Source: Octopus sinensis
Taxonomy: Eukaryota
Direction of reading: 5' to 3'
DNA: 64,000 nt
Assembly (NCBI RefSeq): GCF_006345805.1
Contig: NC_043020.1
Span: 17,298,001-17,362,000, forward strand
The position numbers and the translations under genes were made by a program. Shown in pieces: positions 23,936-37,232 of the stretch. The notes under the pieces were generated by a model, which made no database searches, had not been told where the DNA came from, and was given only the letters and a program-made list of their open reading frames with translations. Within the stretch, counting starts at the first letter, position 1. Each line of letters begins with the position of its first letter.

Positions 23936-24853
23936 CTGAAAAATAAAAGATGAATAGAAAACAGAGTCTGTTAGGGTAATGGTGGTGGTGGTGGTAGGGG
24001 GGGTATAAGTGTAATAAAGGGAGACAGGTGGATGGAGAGAAAGAAAGAGTGAAGAAGATATAAGCAAAGAAAGGAAAGAAGGAGGGATGAAACCTAAAGG
24101 AATGAAAAAGGACAAAAAAGGAAAACAAGAAAAAAACCTGACAAACTGGGAAGATGAAATAAGAAAAAAAAACAGAAAGACAGGAGATAGATGAAGGTGG
24201 AGAAGGGGAAGAAATAAAAAAAAAAAAGGAAATAAAGAAAAGAGATGGAAAGAGATAGATGGGAGATAGAAAGGAGATAGAGAAAAATGGGAGGGACAGG
24301 AAGAGGTGAGTGAGAGAAAGAAAGGATGAAAGAGACAAAGAGAAAGAAAGATATAGTTGCATGAGAATGTATCAAAGATGAAGAAAATAAATAATGCAAA
24401 AGATAAGACAAACAGGTGCGGCTGTGTGGAAAGAAGCTTGCTTCCTAGCCACATGGTTCTGGGTTCCGTACCACTGCATGGTACCTTGGGTAAGTGTCTT
24501 CTATTATAGCCTTGAACTGACCAAAGCATTGTCAGTGGATTTGGTAGACAGAAACTGAAGAAGCCCGTCATACATATGTATGTGTGTGTGTGTGTGTATC
24601 TGTCTGTCCTCCCATTACTGCTTGACAACCAGTGTTGGTGTGTTTCTATTCCCGTAACTTAGCAGTTTGGCAAAAGAGACCGACAGAATAAGTACTAGGA
24701 TTAAAAAAGAATAATTAAAAACAAGTCCTGGGGTCAATTTTTTCAACTAAGATCCTTGAAGGCGGTGCTCCAGCATAGCCACAGTCAAATGACTGGCACA
24801 AGTAAAAGAGTAAAAGAATAAAAAGAATAAACAAATGGGAAAAAAAGGCTCAC

Positions 24854-24935
24854 CTTGACCCCAAGATCTTTCATGAGTTGAATCTCAAAATCAACAACAT
24901 CATAGGGCAAACGGAACTCTGGAATCTCTGAAGAA
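24854..24935 (-). CDS. DPYD: DPYD exon 7 ([27 protein letters not shown])
   Basis: 82 nt; AG/GT boundaries. Confidence 0.95.
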
Positions 24936-25374
24936 CTTGAAGAGAAACAGAAATTTGTTTAGCATCAAGCACTCCCTTTCATGAGTTAAGAATCAGCAAG
25001 AACAGCAGCAACAACAGCAATAGTTTCAAATTTTTGCACAAGGCCAGCAAATTCAGGGGAGGAGTTAAGTTGATTATATCAACCCCAGTGTTCAACTGTC
25101 ACTTCTTTTATGACCCTATAATGAAAAGTAGGGTTGACCTCGGCAAATTCTAATCGTCCTCATTTAACATCCATTTTTCCATGCATGATTGGTTCAAATG
25201 GAATTTGTAGAGGTTGATTTTTCTACAGTTGGATACCCTTTCTGTCACCAACCCTCACCTGTTTCCAAACAAGATAGCATTTTCCTATGGTCTATGTTTC
25301 CCACAGAGGACTGAACATGAACAATTTCACTTGTTTGATGATGATGATGCCCATTTACAATTATAATGTGGTGT

Positions 25375-25480
25375 CATTAAAATATGCAACAAATAAAAGG
25401 GAGCCAAGAACAGATCCCTGTGGTACACCAGATGTCATCTCATAGGGTGAAGAGTGCTGTCCTAGAACTGTGACAACTTC
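25375..25480 (-). mobile_element. CR1/L2-type RT fragment
   Basis: Hand translation gives TSGVPQGSVLGSLLFVAYFND. Confidence 0.6.
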
Positions 25481-25728
25481 TTTTCAGGGTTGATAAAATA
25501 AAGTATCAGTTGCGTACTGGGGTCAATGTAATCGACTTCACTGGATGCAGCTGTGCATTGTTAACTAGCTAGAGGAGATGTCCTCATGAGATTAAAAAAT
25601 TGCAGTATAATCTGCTTGAACGGACAGCCATGTTAAAGTGTCTACAAATATTACTTGTCAGTACAACTACTTCATTGATCTAGAGAGATTTAAGAACTAA
25701 TATTTTTGCTTTTTATACACACACACAC

Positions 25729-25772
<44 letters not shown>

Positions 25773-26459
25773 AGGTGCAATGGCCTAGTGGTTAGGGCAG
25801 TGGACTTGCATTTGTAGGATCACAGTTTCGATTCCCAGACCAGGCGTTGTGAGTGTTTATTGAGCAGAAACACCTAAAGCTCCAGAGGCTCTGGCAAGGG
25901 GTAGTGGTGAACCCTGCTGTACTCTTTTACCACTACTTTCTCTCACTCTTTCTTCCTGTTTCTGTTGTACCTGTATTTCAAAAGGCCAGCCTTGTCACAC
26001 ACTGTGTCACACTGAACGTCCCTGAGAACTATGTTAAGAGTACATGTGTCTGTGGAGTACTCAGCCACTTGCACATTAATTTCACGAGCAGGTTGTTCCA
26101 TTGATTGAATCAAATGAAACCCTCATCGTCGTAACTGATGGAGTGCCACAATATGTGTCCGTGTATATAAATAGGGTAAAGACCCCCACAAATACAGACA
26201 CTTGTATTACTCAGGTAGCTTTGCCGTGACAGTATATGTGACAAAGCTGGTCCTTTAAATCATAGATAAAGTCCATCTGACACAGGCTTCAGCACAGTTT
26301 CCATCTGCCCAGTTTCACTTACACAGTTTGAAGCATCTCAAAACTATGATTGAAGACACTTGCCAAGGTACCACACAAAGAGACTGAATCCAGTATTTGA
26401 TGATTACAAAGCAAAATTCTTAATTGACCAGCAATGCTCGCACCCTGAATAATAGGAAG

Positions 26460-26845
26460 CATAGATCTCTAAAACATGTGATTCTAGAGATCCCTAAAAT
26501 TCTAGACATCCCCAAAACACCCCTGTGATTCTACAGATCCCTAAAATGTTTCTGTGATTCTATAGATTCCTAAAACGTCCCTGTGATTCTAGACATCCCA
26601 AAAACACCCTGGTGATTCTACAGATCCCTAAAATGTTTGTGATTCTATAGATCCCTAAAACGTCCCTGTGATTCTAAACATCCCCAAACACCCCTGTGAT
26701 TCTACAGATCCCTAAAATGTTTCCGTGATTTTAGACATCCCCCAAATTCCTCCATGATTCCACAGATCCCTAAAACGTCCCTGTGATTTTAGAGATCGCT
26801 AAAACATCCCTGTGATTCTAGAGATCCCTAAAATATCACTGTGAT
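26460..26845. repeat. About 27-28 bp minisatellite (ctgtgattctagagatccctaaaacatcc)
   Basis: About 13 degenerate units ending about 20 bp from the exon 6 donor. Confidence 0.9.
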
Positions 26846-26865
26846 CAAGAAAATTAATAATTTAC

Positions 26866-27062
26866 CTGAGACCTCCAACATACTTGTTCTTTTCAAAAAT
26901 AGTTATGTCTGAATAACCAAGGCGAGCCAGGAAAGTGGCACAGCTAATACTGGCAGGCCCACAACCCAACAGGGCAATTTTGGCCCGATAGCTGTTTGGG
27001 AGATTCTCAAGTGGTGGCAAACTGGGATCATGAATTTGAGGGATCTTCATCTGTTTAAAGAC
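26866..27062 (-). CDS. DPYD: DPYD exon 6 (VFKQMKIPQ...[18 protein letters not shown]...GGL)
   Basis: 197 nt; FAD-binding GxGxA motif. Confidence 0.96.
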
Positions 27063-27844
27063 CTGAGGGGAAAAAAACAACAAAAAAGAAAATAAATAAT
27101 AAGAAAATATATTTTGTGACACAATAAATGAGGTAAGATCAATATTAAAGGTTAAGATGAAGGACTGAATATCAATAAGTCGTCGTCGTCGCCGTCGCCA
27201 TCGCCGTCATCGTTTAACGTCCGTTTTCCATGTTAGCATGGGTTGGACGGTTCGACTGGGGTCTGGGAAGCCAGGAGGCTGCACCAGGCTCCAGTCTAAT
27301 TTGGCAGTGTTTCTACAGCTGGATGCCCTTCCTAACGCCAACCACTCCATGAGTGTAATGGGTGCTTTTTACGTGCCACAGAGGAGGCTGGCAAATGTCC
27401 ATGATCAGTTGGTGCTTTTTACGTGTTACCAACACGGATATCATAACTACAATTTCCATTTGATTTTTATTTTGATGTTGATGTTGATATACTTGACTCA
27501 ACAGGTCTCTTCAAGCACAGCGGGGTCACTCTATGATCCAAGGTTAGCACAGCAGGCCGTCCTGCAAGCCATGAACTCACTTCAGCATATCTCAGGTCTC
27601 AGTCTTAAGTAATTTCCTCTGTGAGGCCCAACATCATTTCATACCCTTAATTTAAAATAAATAGTACAAAATGAAGCAAGAAATGAAAAGGTAATATTTA
27701 TTCCCACTTGGAAATTTAGCATTCAGATTATTCTGCCAAATGTAATGCTTATATATTTACTTTGGTTTTAATTAATCAGGCATAATCTTGCAGTTTCAAT
27801 ATTTAAATGATATAACTTTAGTTTTAGAATGTGGGAAGAGGCAG

Positions 27845-28440
27845 TGTTGGTGATGACGAGGGCAGTGATGACAATGACAGAGGTGGTGGTGATGATGACG
27901 AAAGAGGTTGTAGTGATGACAACGACAGAGGTGGTGGTGATGACAATGACAGAGGTGATGGTGATGACGACGACAGAGGTGATGGTGATGACGACGACAG
28001 AGGTGATGGTGATGACGACGACAGAGGTGGTGGTGATGACGACGACAGAGGTGATGGTGATGACGACGACAGAGGTAGTGGTGATGACGACGACAGAGGT
28101 GATGGTGATGACGACGACAGAGTGGCGGTGATGACAACAACGGAGGTGGTGATAATGACAACGACAGAGGTGGTGGTGATGACAGGTGATGGTGATGCCA
28201 ATAACAGAGTGGTGGTGATGATGATGACAGAGGCAGGGGTGATGATGATGACAGAGGTAGGGGTGATGAGAACAGAAGCAGGAGTGATGACAACAATGGA
28301 AGTGGTGATGATTGTAATAAGAGGTGGTGGTGATGACAGAAGTGGTGGTGATGATGATGATGATAATGAAAGAGATAGTGGTGATGATGCTGACGACAAT
28401 GTAGATGGTGGTAGGGATGACAATGAAGGTGGTATTGACA
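27845..28440. repeat. 21-bp triplet-derived minisatellite (gatgacgacgacagaggtgatggt)
   Basis: Tandem periodicity; explains the low-complexity ORFs. Confidence 0.9.
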
Positions 28441-28480
28441 CTTAGTATGGAGAATTCCAGAGTAAAAATGTTTAATTTAC

Positions 28481-28642
28481 CTCAACAGCAAACTGTTGCA
28501 AACCACCAATGTTGATGGGTCCTTCTTCAACAGCAGCCAAATTACAGCCTCCCACACAAAGGTCACTGGTAGGACATACCATTCCACATGTGAGGCCAAG
28601 AGGATTGTCTGAAAGTATAGCTTTTGCAGCACCATAATAGTT
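28481..28642 (-). CDS. DPYD: DPYD exon 5 (NYYGAAK...[17 protein letters not shown]...GGLQQFAVE)
   Basis: 162 nt; Fe-S cysteines and the LQQF glutamine ligand. Confidence 0.96.
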
Positions 28643-28864
28643 CTGAAATTTAGAAAATTTTAAAGGTATTTTTATTTACAGTTTAATGTTTTAAAATATT
28701 CAGAGACAAATGATAGTTTAATGGAAAACAGAGATGTGAAAAAAGTAATAAAAATAAACAAGGTTTGCACCAAACATCAGCTCATTATCACCAGTACCAT
28801 CTTCCAGCAAAGCGACATATACCATCAGGTACAGTAGACCAGAGAGCGCCTTGAAGCTAAATCA

Positions 28865-29080
<216 letters not shown>

Positions 29081-29154
29081 TTACGGCCTGAGTAAATTTA
29101 CTAAGTAGAAACTGTATTAAGGTTTATTGTGCATTATTTTTTATTGCACATAGC

Positions 29155-30250
29155 CTAATCAATAAGTATCCGGACTGTTTCTATAGTAACAAATCTAAAA
29201 CACGCAGAGCGAAGCCACTTGGCATAGATTGACTCTGAACTCTGTTGTGCATGCGCACTAAGTTTTAACATTGTAGTTCACTTCCACTTTTTACAGCAGT
29301 GCTTGGAAGGAAGGTGTGTAGCATGTGATCATCACATTGACCATGACAGAGAAAGTTCAGCAGAGAATCTGCATCAAATTTTGCCAAAAGCTTGGTGATA
29401 CCTGCTTAGAGGTGTATGTAAAGTTTTCAAGAAGTTTTCATCATTCTCAATACAATCAAGAAGATCTTGTATGTTTAGAACTTGAGTGTCTTTTTGGTCA
29501 GCTGAAAGCAGTTTTGGCACAAACTTGGCAGACACATCTTCGGTGATAATGGACTGAACTGAACTGTAACTAATCTGCACATCCTCTGATAACTCACAGA
29601 TGGTGATTTGATGATTTCCCCTCACACACATCTGCAATGTCTTTCTCAGTTCTGCTGGTTGCGGGGCTCCCAAAACATTTGTCAATATTGACATTTTTTT
29701 GCCCAAACGTCTGAACCACTTGTACACTTGTGTGCAGCTCATACACTCTTCTCCATACACTTTCTGCAACTTTGGATATGCCTCTGAGCAGGAATTACCA
29801 TGACAACTTTCTGTCATGGTCAATATGACGATCACATGCTATACATATTTCTTTACTACCCACAAGGGGCTAAACACAGAGAGGACAAACAAGGACATAC
29901 AAACGGATTAAGTCGATTACATCGACCCCAGTGTGCAACTGGTACTTAATTTATCGACCCCGAAAGAATGAAAGGCAAAGTCGACCTCGGCGGAATTTGA
30001 ACTCAGAACATAACGGCAGACGAAATACGGCTACGCATTTCGCCCGGCATGCTAACGTTTCTGCCAGCTTGCCGCCACATGCTATACAGCTTCTTTCAAC
30101 CACTGCTGCAAACAGCAGAAGCGAACTAGGATGTCAAAACTTAGTGCGCATGCACAGCAGAGTTCAAGGTCAATCTGTACCAAGCAGCTTCACTCTGCAT
30201 GCTTTAGCTTCGTTACTATAGCAACAATCCGGATACTTATTGATCAGACC
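29155..30250. mobile_element. Fold-back mariner relic with nested SINE A
   Basis: Long inverted arms both made of the mariner 5' end; MTEKVQQRICIKFCQKLG, KVYGEECMSCTQVYKWFRR and SAKFVPKLLS motifs; SINE 29846-30076 with TSD cacatgctataca. Confidence 0.8.
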
Positions 30251-30304
30251 ATGTGTATCTTGATACCTTTTACAGTTCAACCACGTGCACGCATACACAC
30301 GCAT

Positions 30305-30347
<43 letters not shown>

Positions 30348-30447
30348 TGTATGTATGAATGAATGATTTTTCTTTGAGTTCTATTTAAGGTCTTCTTGAG
30401 AAAGTTCAAGCCAGTTGTTAACAAAGCAACAAGACTATTTGACTTAA

Positions 30448-30668
30448 CCCTTTCGTTACCAACCTGGCTGAAACCGGCTCTGGCTCTGTAGTTTAAATGT
30501 CTTGTTTTCATAACTTTTGAATTGAAATCTTCTACCAAACCTTTGTCACAATTTATGTTCCTAACGCTAGCTTAATGATAACTAAGTTATTTTACTAAAT
30601 TCTTTGTTATATTTAAAGCAATTGAAAAAAACACAGAGTATCTCAAAATAAATACAGTAACGAAAGGG
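30448..30668. mobile_element. 221-bp TTAA-specific (piggyBac-type) MITE
   Basis: TTAA-CCCTTTCGTTAC...GTAACGAAAGGG-TTAA; second copy at 39832-40052. Confidence 0.85.
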
Positions 30669-30779
30669 TTAAGAGAGTTCCTGGTCTTTGTAAATATGTA
30701 GTTGAGTTGGTATGTCAGTTGACCTGTTGATACATACATCCAAATGTATGCATTTATTCACGAGACAACAATGTCATTC

Positions 30780-33035
30780 AGCAACATCCTGAATGACCAA
30801 GCAGCCTTATCTAGGGAGAGCACCGCTTGCTCCACATGGAAAGGGTACTAGAAAAGGTGGCCTAGAGAAAGCTCGTCTCCTACACACACGGCAAACCGCA
30901 GCCAACGGGGATCTTCAAGGGGTTGAATATGCACAATTACAAACAGGAAAGTCTCCACACACCCTCCAAATGTTGTCAAGGGTTTGAAGATTGCACGTCG
31001 AAATATCAGAACCATTCTTGACTCAGGTGACAGAGGTCATCCAGAATGCCAATCTGCTCTCATTGCACATGAACTGTCCAGGCTAGATATTGACATCTCA
31101 GCCCTTAGTGAAGTCCAGCTCCCAAAGGAAGGCAGATTGAAAGAACATGGTGCTGGATACACCCTATATTGGTCAAGCAAACCTCCATCAGAAAGACGCC
31201 TTTCAGGTGTTTGTTTCATGATAAGAAACTCCATTGTCTCAAACCTGGAAACCCTACCAGATGTTCATACTGGCAGCACCATCTTGAGGCATAGGCACAC
31301 TCCAAAAGGGGTTTTTGAACATCAAATGGTAACGAGGATCCAACTGAGCAAAGTAGGAATCAAAGGGGGCCGATAGGTGAAAAATGGTTGGGAACCACTG
31401 TTGCTTCTGATAGTACTTCGGTGCAGTGGAGTGGGACCTTTCTAGGCCTAGGTGAAAAGGGCACAGGAGAAAACTGTACCTCTTCATAGTACCTTGGTAT
31501 ATGTCTGTGAGTGAGTGAATATATATGTATGTATGTATATTTGTTGTGAGTGTGTGTATGCCTGTCTGGATGTTAGCATGTGTTTTGAATCTTGTGTGAG
31601 TGTGTAGGCTATGTATACATATCTATGTGTAAGCGTACATGTGTCTCAAAGCTGGAAACCCTACCAGATGGTCATTCTGACTGCATCACCTCCATGTGCC
31701 TCCCTCTGAAAAACAAGCAGCATGTCACGATCTTCAGTATTTACTCCCCAACCCCACAAGCAGATCCAGTAGACAAGGACAAGTTCTATTCAGACCTGTG
31801 CAGACTCCTCCAGGGAACCTCCACCAATGATATGGTCATAATCCCAGAGTTCAATGTCAGAGTGGGCCGAGATTCAGAAACCTGGAAAGGAGTCCTTGGA
31901 AAGCATGGGGTTGGGAACACCAATGACAACGGGTGACTCTTGCTTGAGTTTTGCACCAAACATCAGCTCATTATCACCAGTACCATCTTCCAGCAAAGAG
32001 ACAATCTGAAAACAACCTAGATGCCTCTCCAATCAAAACACTGGTATCAACTAGACTACATCCTAGTGTGCTGTGACCAGTCTGACGTCATGCGCACTAG
32101 AGTGAAGCCAAGTGTAGAATGCCATGCTGACCATCGCCTGGTCTGTTGCAAATTCAAACCCCACTTCAAGCCCAAACCAACAAAACAGAGAGGACCGGTC
32201 AACAACAAGAAAATCAAAACTAGTGGTCAGCAGCTAAACGAAGTGAAAGTAAACTTCCAGGCAGGCCTACAGGCAAAGCTTGATCAATCCAATTGCTCCT
32301 CAGATCCCTCTTCAGAAATCCTATGGGAACAACTGAAAACCACCATCCTACAGACCTCTGCAGAAATCCTTGAAGAAAAAGAACAAGGATTGGTTTGACA
32401 GAAATGATGTTCTGATCCAGGAATTATTAAAGAAGAAGAGGTCTGCCCACCAAGCATACCTGGCACAATTGCCCTGTCCAGAGAAGAAAGCGGCTTTCTG
32501 CAGTGCAAACCCTATGAAGTTCAGAATGAGTAGGAGACCAACCTTGCACAGAGAACCCAGCTGTGCACTGACCCTGGTGACTACAGGGGGTTATGTTCTA
32601 CAAAACTCTCAAGGCAGTTTATAGCCCAACACATCAAGTCTGGAACCCCTCACACAGCTCAGATGGTCAGGCACTTCTCACAGACACAACATCCATCCTC
32701 AACCGCTAGCCTGAATACTTTCAGGCCCTTTTCAATGCAAGCTGAGTTGTCCAGGAAAAATGCAATCCTCCACGTCCAGTAGCAACCAGTCAGAATGGAA
32801 TTAGATGAGCCTCCAACCCTGGAAGAGACCGCAGTTGCCACAGGCCAGCTAAAGAGTAGAAATGCAGCAGAAGTCAATGGCATACCACCAGAGATATGGA
32901 AGCATGAGGGTTCTGTCATACATGCTAAATTCCATGAGCCACTCACTGCATGCTGAGAAGAGGGCAAGCTGCCACAAGATCTCCATGATGCTGTCATCAT
33001 TACACTGTACAAAAAAAAGGAGAACAGTCAGACTG
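30780..33035 (+). mobile_element. Decayed RTE-clade LINE (APE endonuclease to start of RT)
   Basis: NIRTILD, DISALSEV, GYTLYWS, IYSPT, FNVRVG, HWYQLDYIL and DHRLV motifs across broken frames. Confidence 0.9.
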
Positions 33036-33149
33036 CTTGCCCCAGCATGGCCACAGTCTAATGACAAAAGCATAAAAGAATGAAAGGATTAAAACAAAAT
33101 ATCTGGTCGGCAGGGTTGTAAAAATAGGTTTAAATATAACATCACTAAC

Positions 33150-33232
33150 CTTCCTGCTTCCCTGAGAGCAGCTCTTTCACTTAAGGTGGTGGGTTTGATG
33201 TCACTGAAGTCTTTGAAATAATTGTGGCATGA
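33150..33232 (-). CDS. DPYD: DPYD exon 3 (SCHNYFKDFSDIKPTTLSERAALREAGR)
   Basis: 83 nt; ttgtag acceptor, gttagt donor. Confidence 0.93.
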
Positions 33233-33431
33233 CTACAAAAGGAAGAATATACAGATTACAATATATATATATCATCATCATCACCGTTTAACATTTGCTT
33301 TCCATGCTGGCACCAGTCTCCAATCTGATCTGGCAAGGTTTCTACAGCTGGATGCTCTTTCTAATACCAACCACTCCAAGAGTGTAGTGGGTGCTTTTTA
33401 CATGCTTTATATATATATATATATATATATA

Positions 33432-33762
33432 CTGTTGTGTCTGGGGAGAGTCATTCTCTTTTAGTACCTTATTATTTAACACACTCACTGGTAAAATTTC
33501 CACTTATTTCGTCTTTTTATTTTCCTAAAATTTTCGTTGCGTCTTGCAATCTTTTCAGTAGAGAGTCAAGACTATTGAAAAGGTTGCAAGATGCAACGAA
33601 AATTTTAGGAAAATAAAAAGACGAAATGAGTGGAAATTTTGCCGGTGAGTGTGTTAAATAATAAGGTACTAAAGGAGAATGACTCTCCCCAGACACAACA
33701 GAATATGCTTCAACACACGAACTCATATAAAGAATCTTGCAAACCAAATCCAAAAACGAAAT
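33432..33762. mobile_element. Second P1 asymmetric palindrome
   Basis: Same arms and tail as 6638-6995 but a different centre; HHR motif at 33572-33608(+) and 33525-33561(-); sits in (TA)n. Confidence 0.8.
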
Positions 33763-33782
33763 ATATATATATATATATATAT

Positions 33783-34044
33783 CAATAATAATATAGGGTG
33801 AAACCAATTAATTTGGAATAATCATTAATTTCACCAAGTAGATTTCGGCATGTAAAAGCCCCATTCAAGGAAGGTTTAAGTAATACTAAGTAATTAAGGG
33901 TTTAGCAACGATTTGGCTCACCACACACCGAATTTAGAAATAGCAGTCAAAGAGTTTTGGCTATTCTTTCTACTTAGTAGAAAGAATTTCTAAATTCGGT
34001 GTGTGGTGAGGCAAATCGTTGCTAAACCCTTAATTACTTAGTAT
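33783..34044. mobile_element. Asymmetric palindrome related to the 555-bp array unit
   Basis: About 58-bp arms 33883-33941 / 33987-34044; shares ctgctatttcta, cttggtgaaatt and accct blocks with the 48078 unit. Confidence 0.55.
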
Positions 34045-34983
34045 ATATATATATATATATATCATATTTACATAAATGCATGCATGCATGCATACACACA
34101 CACACACATACATACATACATACATACATGCATGTATTAACCGACTCAGTCCTGCATTACTTCAAGTTTCATAACTATAGATATATGAAAGTCATTACAT
34201 GGCTTTGGGATGAAAGGGATGAAGAGAATAAATATAATTTCAAAGTGAGAACAAATGGGTGGTTGGGGGGGGGCTACACTGATTTTGCAGTTCACAGGTT
34301 GAAGTCGACAGGTAAGATGTGATTTCACATGGTGGACCAGACAACCTAGCAGTCAACAGTTTGTGGGGAGCAGGTAAGTTGATTACATCGACCTTAGTAC
34401 TCAACTAGTACTTTATTTTATTCACCCTGAAAGGATGATAAACAAAATCAACTTCAGCAGAATTTGAACTCAGAACGGATGATTACTGCTAACCATTTTT
34501 TCCAGCATGCTAATGATTCTGCCAGCTTGCCACCTAACTGATAATAATAATGGTTTTAATTTTTGGCACAAGGCCAGCAATTTTGGTGAGGGAGGGGGTA
34601 AGTTGATAACATCGAACCCCAGTGTTTAACTGGTACTTATTTTATCGACCCTGAAAGGATAAAAGGCAAAGTCGACCTCGGCAGAATTTGAACTCAGAAC
34701 ACAAAGATGGGCAAAAGGCAGCCAAGCATTTTGTCCCATGTGCTAACGATTCTGTCAGCTCGCCACCTTGATAAATAATAATAATAATAATAATTTTTGT
34801 CAGTGAACAGGTCGCGGTCTTAAAGCGACAAAAATATTTTGACAAATTAAACTTAAATGTTGAAGTGAATCGAACAGTTTTTGTGTGTTTCTTAAACGGC
34901 TTACAAACACCTTCCACGCTGCAATTGTTTTCGTTTCAGCACACGATCTCAGATCAAGTCACTTGCTATGCAGGTACATCTCC

Positions 34984-35018
<35 letters not shown>

Positions 35019-36728
35019 CCTTTCAACTATAGGCACAAGTCCTGGAATTTTGGGAGAGGGGACTAGTCGATTACATCGACCCCAGTGTTTCACTGGTACT
35101 TAATTTATCGACCCTGAAAGGATAAAGGGCAAAGTTGACCTTGGAGGATTTTGAACTCAGAATGTAGCGATAGACAAAATATCACTAAGCATTTTGCCCA
35201 GCATGCAAATGATTCTGCCAGCTTGCCGCCTTCATAATAATAACAATAATAATAATAATAGCAATAACTACAGCAATAATGACAACAACAGCAACAATAA
35301 CAATAATACGGGAACTCTTGAATTTCTTGAATTTCATGTGGTTAGCATACAACACACTCTGATGCACACATGCACATAGATATGTACACAAAGCCTACAC
35401 ACACAAGATTCAAAACACATGCTAACATCCAGACAGGCATATACACACTCACAACAAATATACATACATACACATATATTTATTCACTCACAGACATATA
35501 CCAAGGTACATGTATGTGATAATGGGACCAGGGATCAGGAAAAGAGGAATGGTTCAACACATGTTCGAGCACTGGTGTCCCTACATAGGGAAAGGGAAGG
35601 ACTCCCTTCGGTCATGAATGACCATGGGATTGCACCTTGAAAATTACCCTCTGAGGAACAAGTCTTGAAGACCAGCAGTTGCCCATGCACACCAGCCTCC
35701 CCTCTTCATACCATTGATGTTATCCAAGGGAAAGGCAAAGGTCATGATGTTGCAACTTATTTCTACACCTGAGTGAACCTGAGCAACATGAAATAAAGTG
35801 TCATGCTCAAGAACACAACACATAGCTCCAGCTGAGAATCAAACTCATTACCTCATGATTGTGAGCCTGGCACTCTAACCAGTGAGCCATGAGCCTTCAC
35901 ATGACCCTCACACATATACAGGAATGTAACAATAAGAATATTTCTGTTTTTAGTGGTCACCAGTGAAACAATTTGGTTGAGTTGAGTTGAATTGAATTGA
36001 TATCAATGAATGCAAGAACACAAATTCTGTTATGTGTTCTACATACAAAACGTTTATAATATTGTTAAACTAAATAATGTATTACCATCATGATCTATGA
36101 CAGAAGAACTTTTACACCAAGTTCGAAACAGTTCAACAATTTATGAAGTAAACTGTGCACTAGAAATGACTGTAGTGTGAGTGGTCTGTCTGGCAGTATG
36201 ACAGGCATATGTCACCACTACTTGCTAGTGGCAAGAGAATTGCATTCATAGATTCTGTCGATGAAAAAGAAGTGCAAGAAACAGCTTGCTGATATGATCC
36301 TGTTTCACAGCAGTCCAAGTAGGCAGTTCCTTAATGATGTCACCAATAATTGAACATATAGCATGCATGTTGATGCAGTGATCTCTGCCAAAGATCTGAC
36401 TGGTCAGTCATGTGTTAACATTATTAATCCCAATCAAAAATCCTGGTTGATGGACATAGCAATCCAGTTTCAATTCCTAGGTGCTTTTGGAATCACCAAA
36501 TATTACTGCTAGAGACACATACATGTACCACCAACTGAAGAGACGAATACTGATGGATAAAGACACAGAAATCAGAGAGAACAGAAAGGAAGGGAGATAA
36601 TAATCCTTATGTGACACATCTACAATGTATAGTTAAATACAAGATCATGTTGTCCTTAAGTGGAATATCTACAATCCATAGTTAAATATAAGATCCAGTT
36701 ACTGACAGAAAACTCAAATTCAACTCAC

Positions 36729-36839
36729 ATTGCAATTTTTGTCGTCATTTCTCTTCCATAGTTTTTTCACTTTTTTGGTCTCAGTTGTTGCTTTCACATT
36801 GGCAAAACGAGGTGTCAATGGGTTTAATGACAATATATT
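36729..36839 (-). CDS. DPYD: DPYD exon 2 (NILSLNPLT...WKRNDDKNCN)
   Basis: 111 nt; tttcag acceptor, gtgagt donor; not in ORF track, translated by hand. Confidence 0.93.
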
Positions 36840-37232
36840 CTGAAAGGAAAAAAAGAACAACATTACATAACCATCACTGTCACCACCACCGTCATCACCA
36901 GACTAAGTACTTATAGAGTATTTAGTCTCATTATTCAGCTCTCTGGTTTCAGATCTGACAATAATAACCATTTATATACTTGGGTCACTTTAATTGAATA
37001 CATTCCTCACATAGAAAATTCTCATCATTGTCGTCATTTAATCATGAAATCTCAGAACTGTGCTCACCTAAGAGAATAAAAAGTTATCTTATTTTCACAC
37101 CCGAACCTTTTAACATTTACATTATTCTGTCAAGCGTAATGCCTATTTATTCATACTGTTTTGAATTAATCATGCATTATTTTGTTGTTTAGGGTTTTCA
37201 ATGATATGAATGTATATTTTTAGAATGACATA

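Noticed and set aside
23630-24628. 332-aa minus-strand ORF
   Set aside because: Low-complexity pyrimidine tract, SINE and microsatellite read-through; only 23848-23935 is a real exon.
26460-26845. CRISPR-like periodicity
   Set aside because: Contiguous degenerate units with no unique spacers, in a eukaryotic intron.
27796-28445. Asp/Gly-rich and His-rich ORFs of 100-205 aa
   Set aside because: Open in several frames on both strands because of a 21-bp repeat; intronic, with no splice support.
35980-36560. Non-repetitive, coding-looking stretch in intron 2
   Set aside because: No sustained ORF or recognisable motif; possibly old transposon debris.
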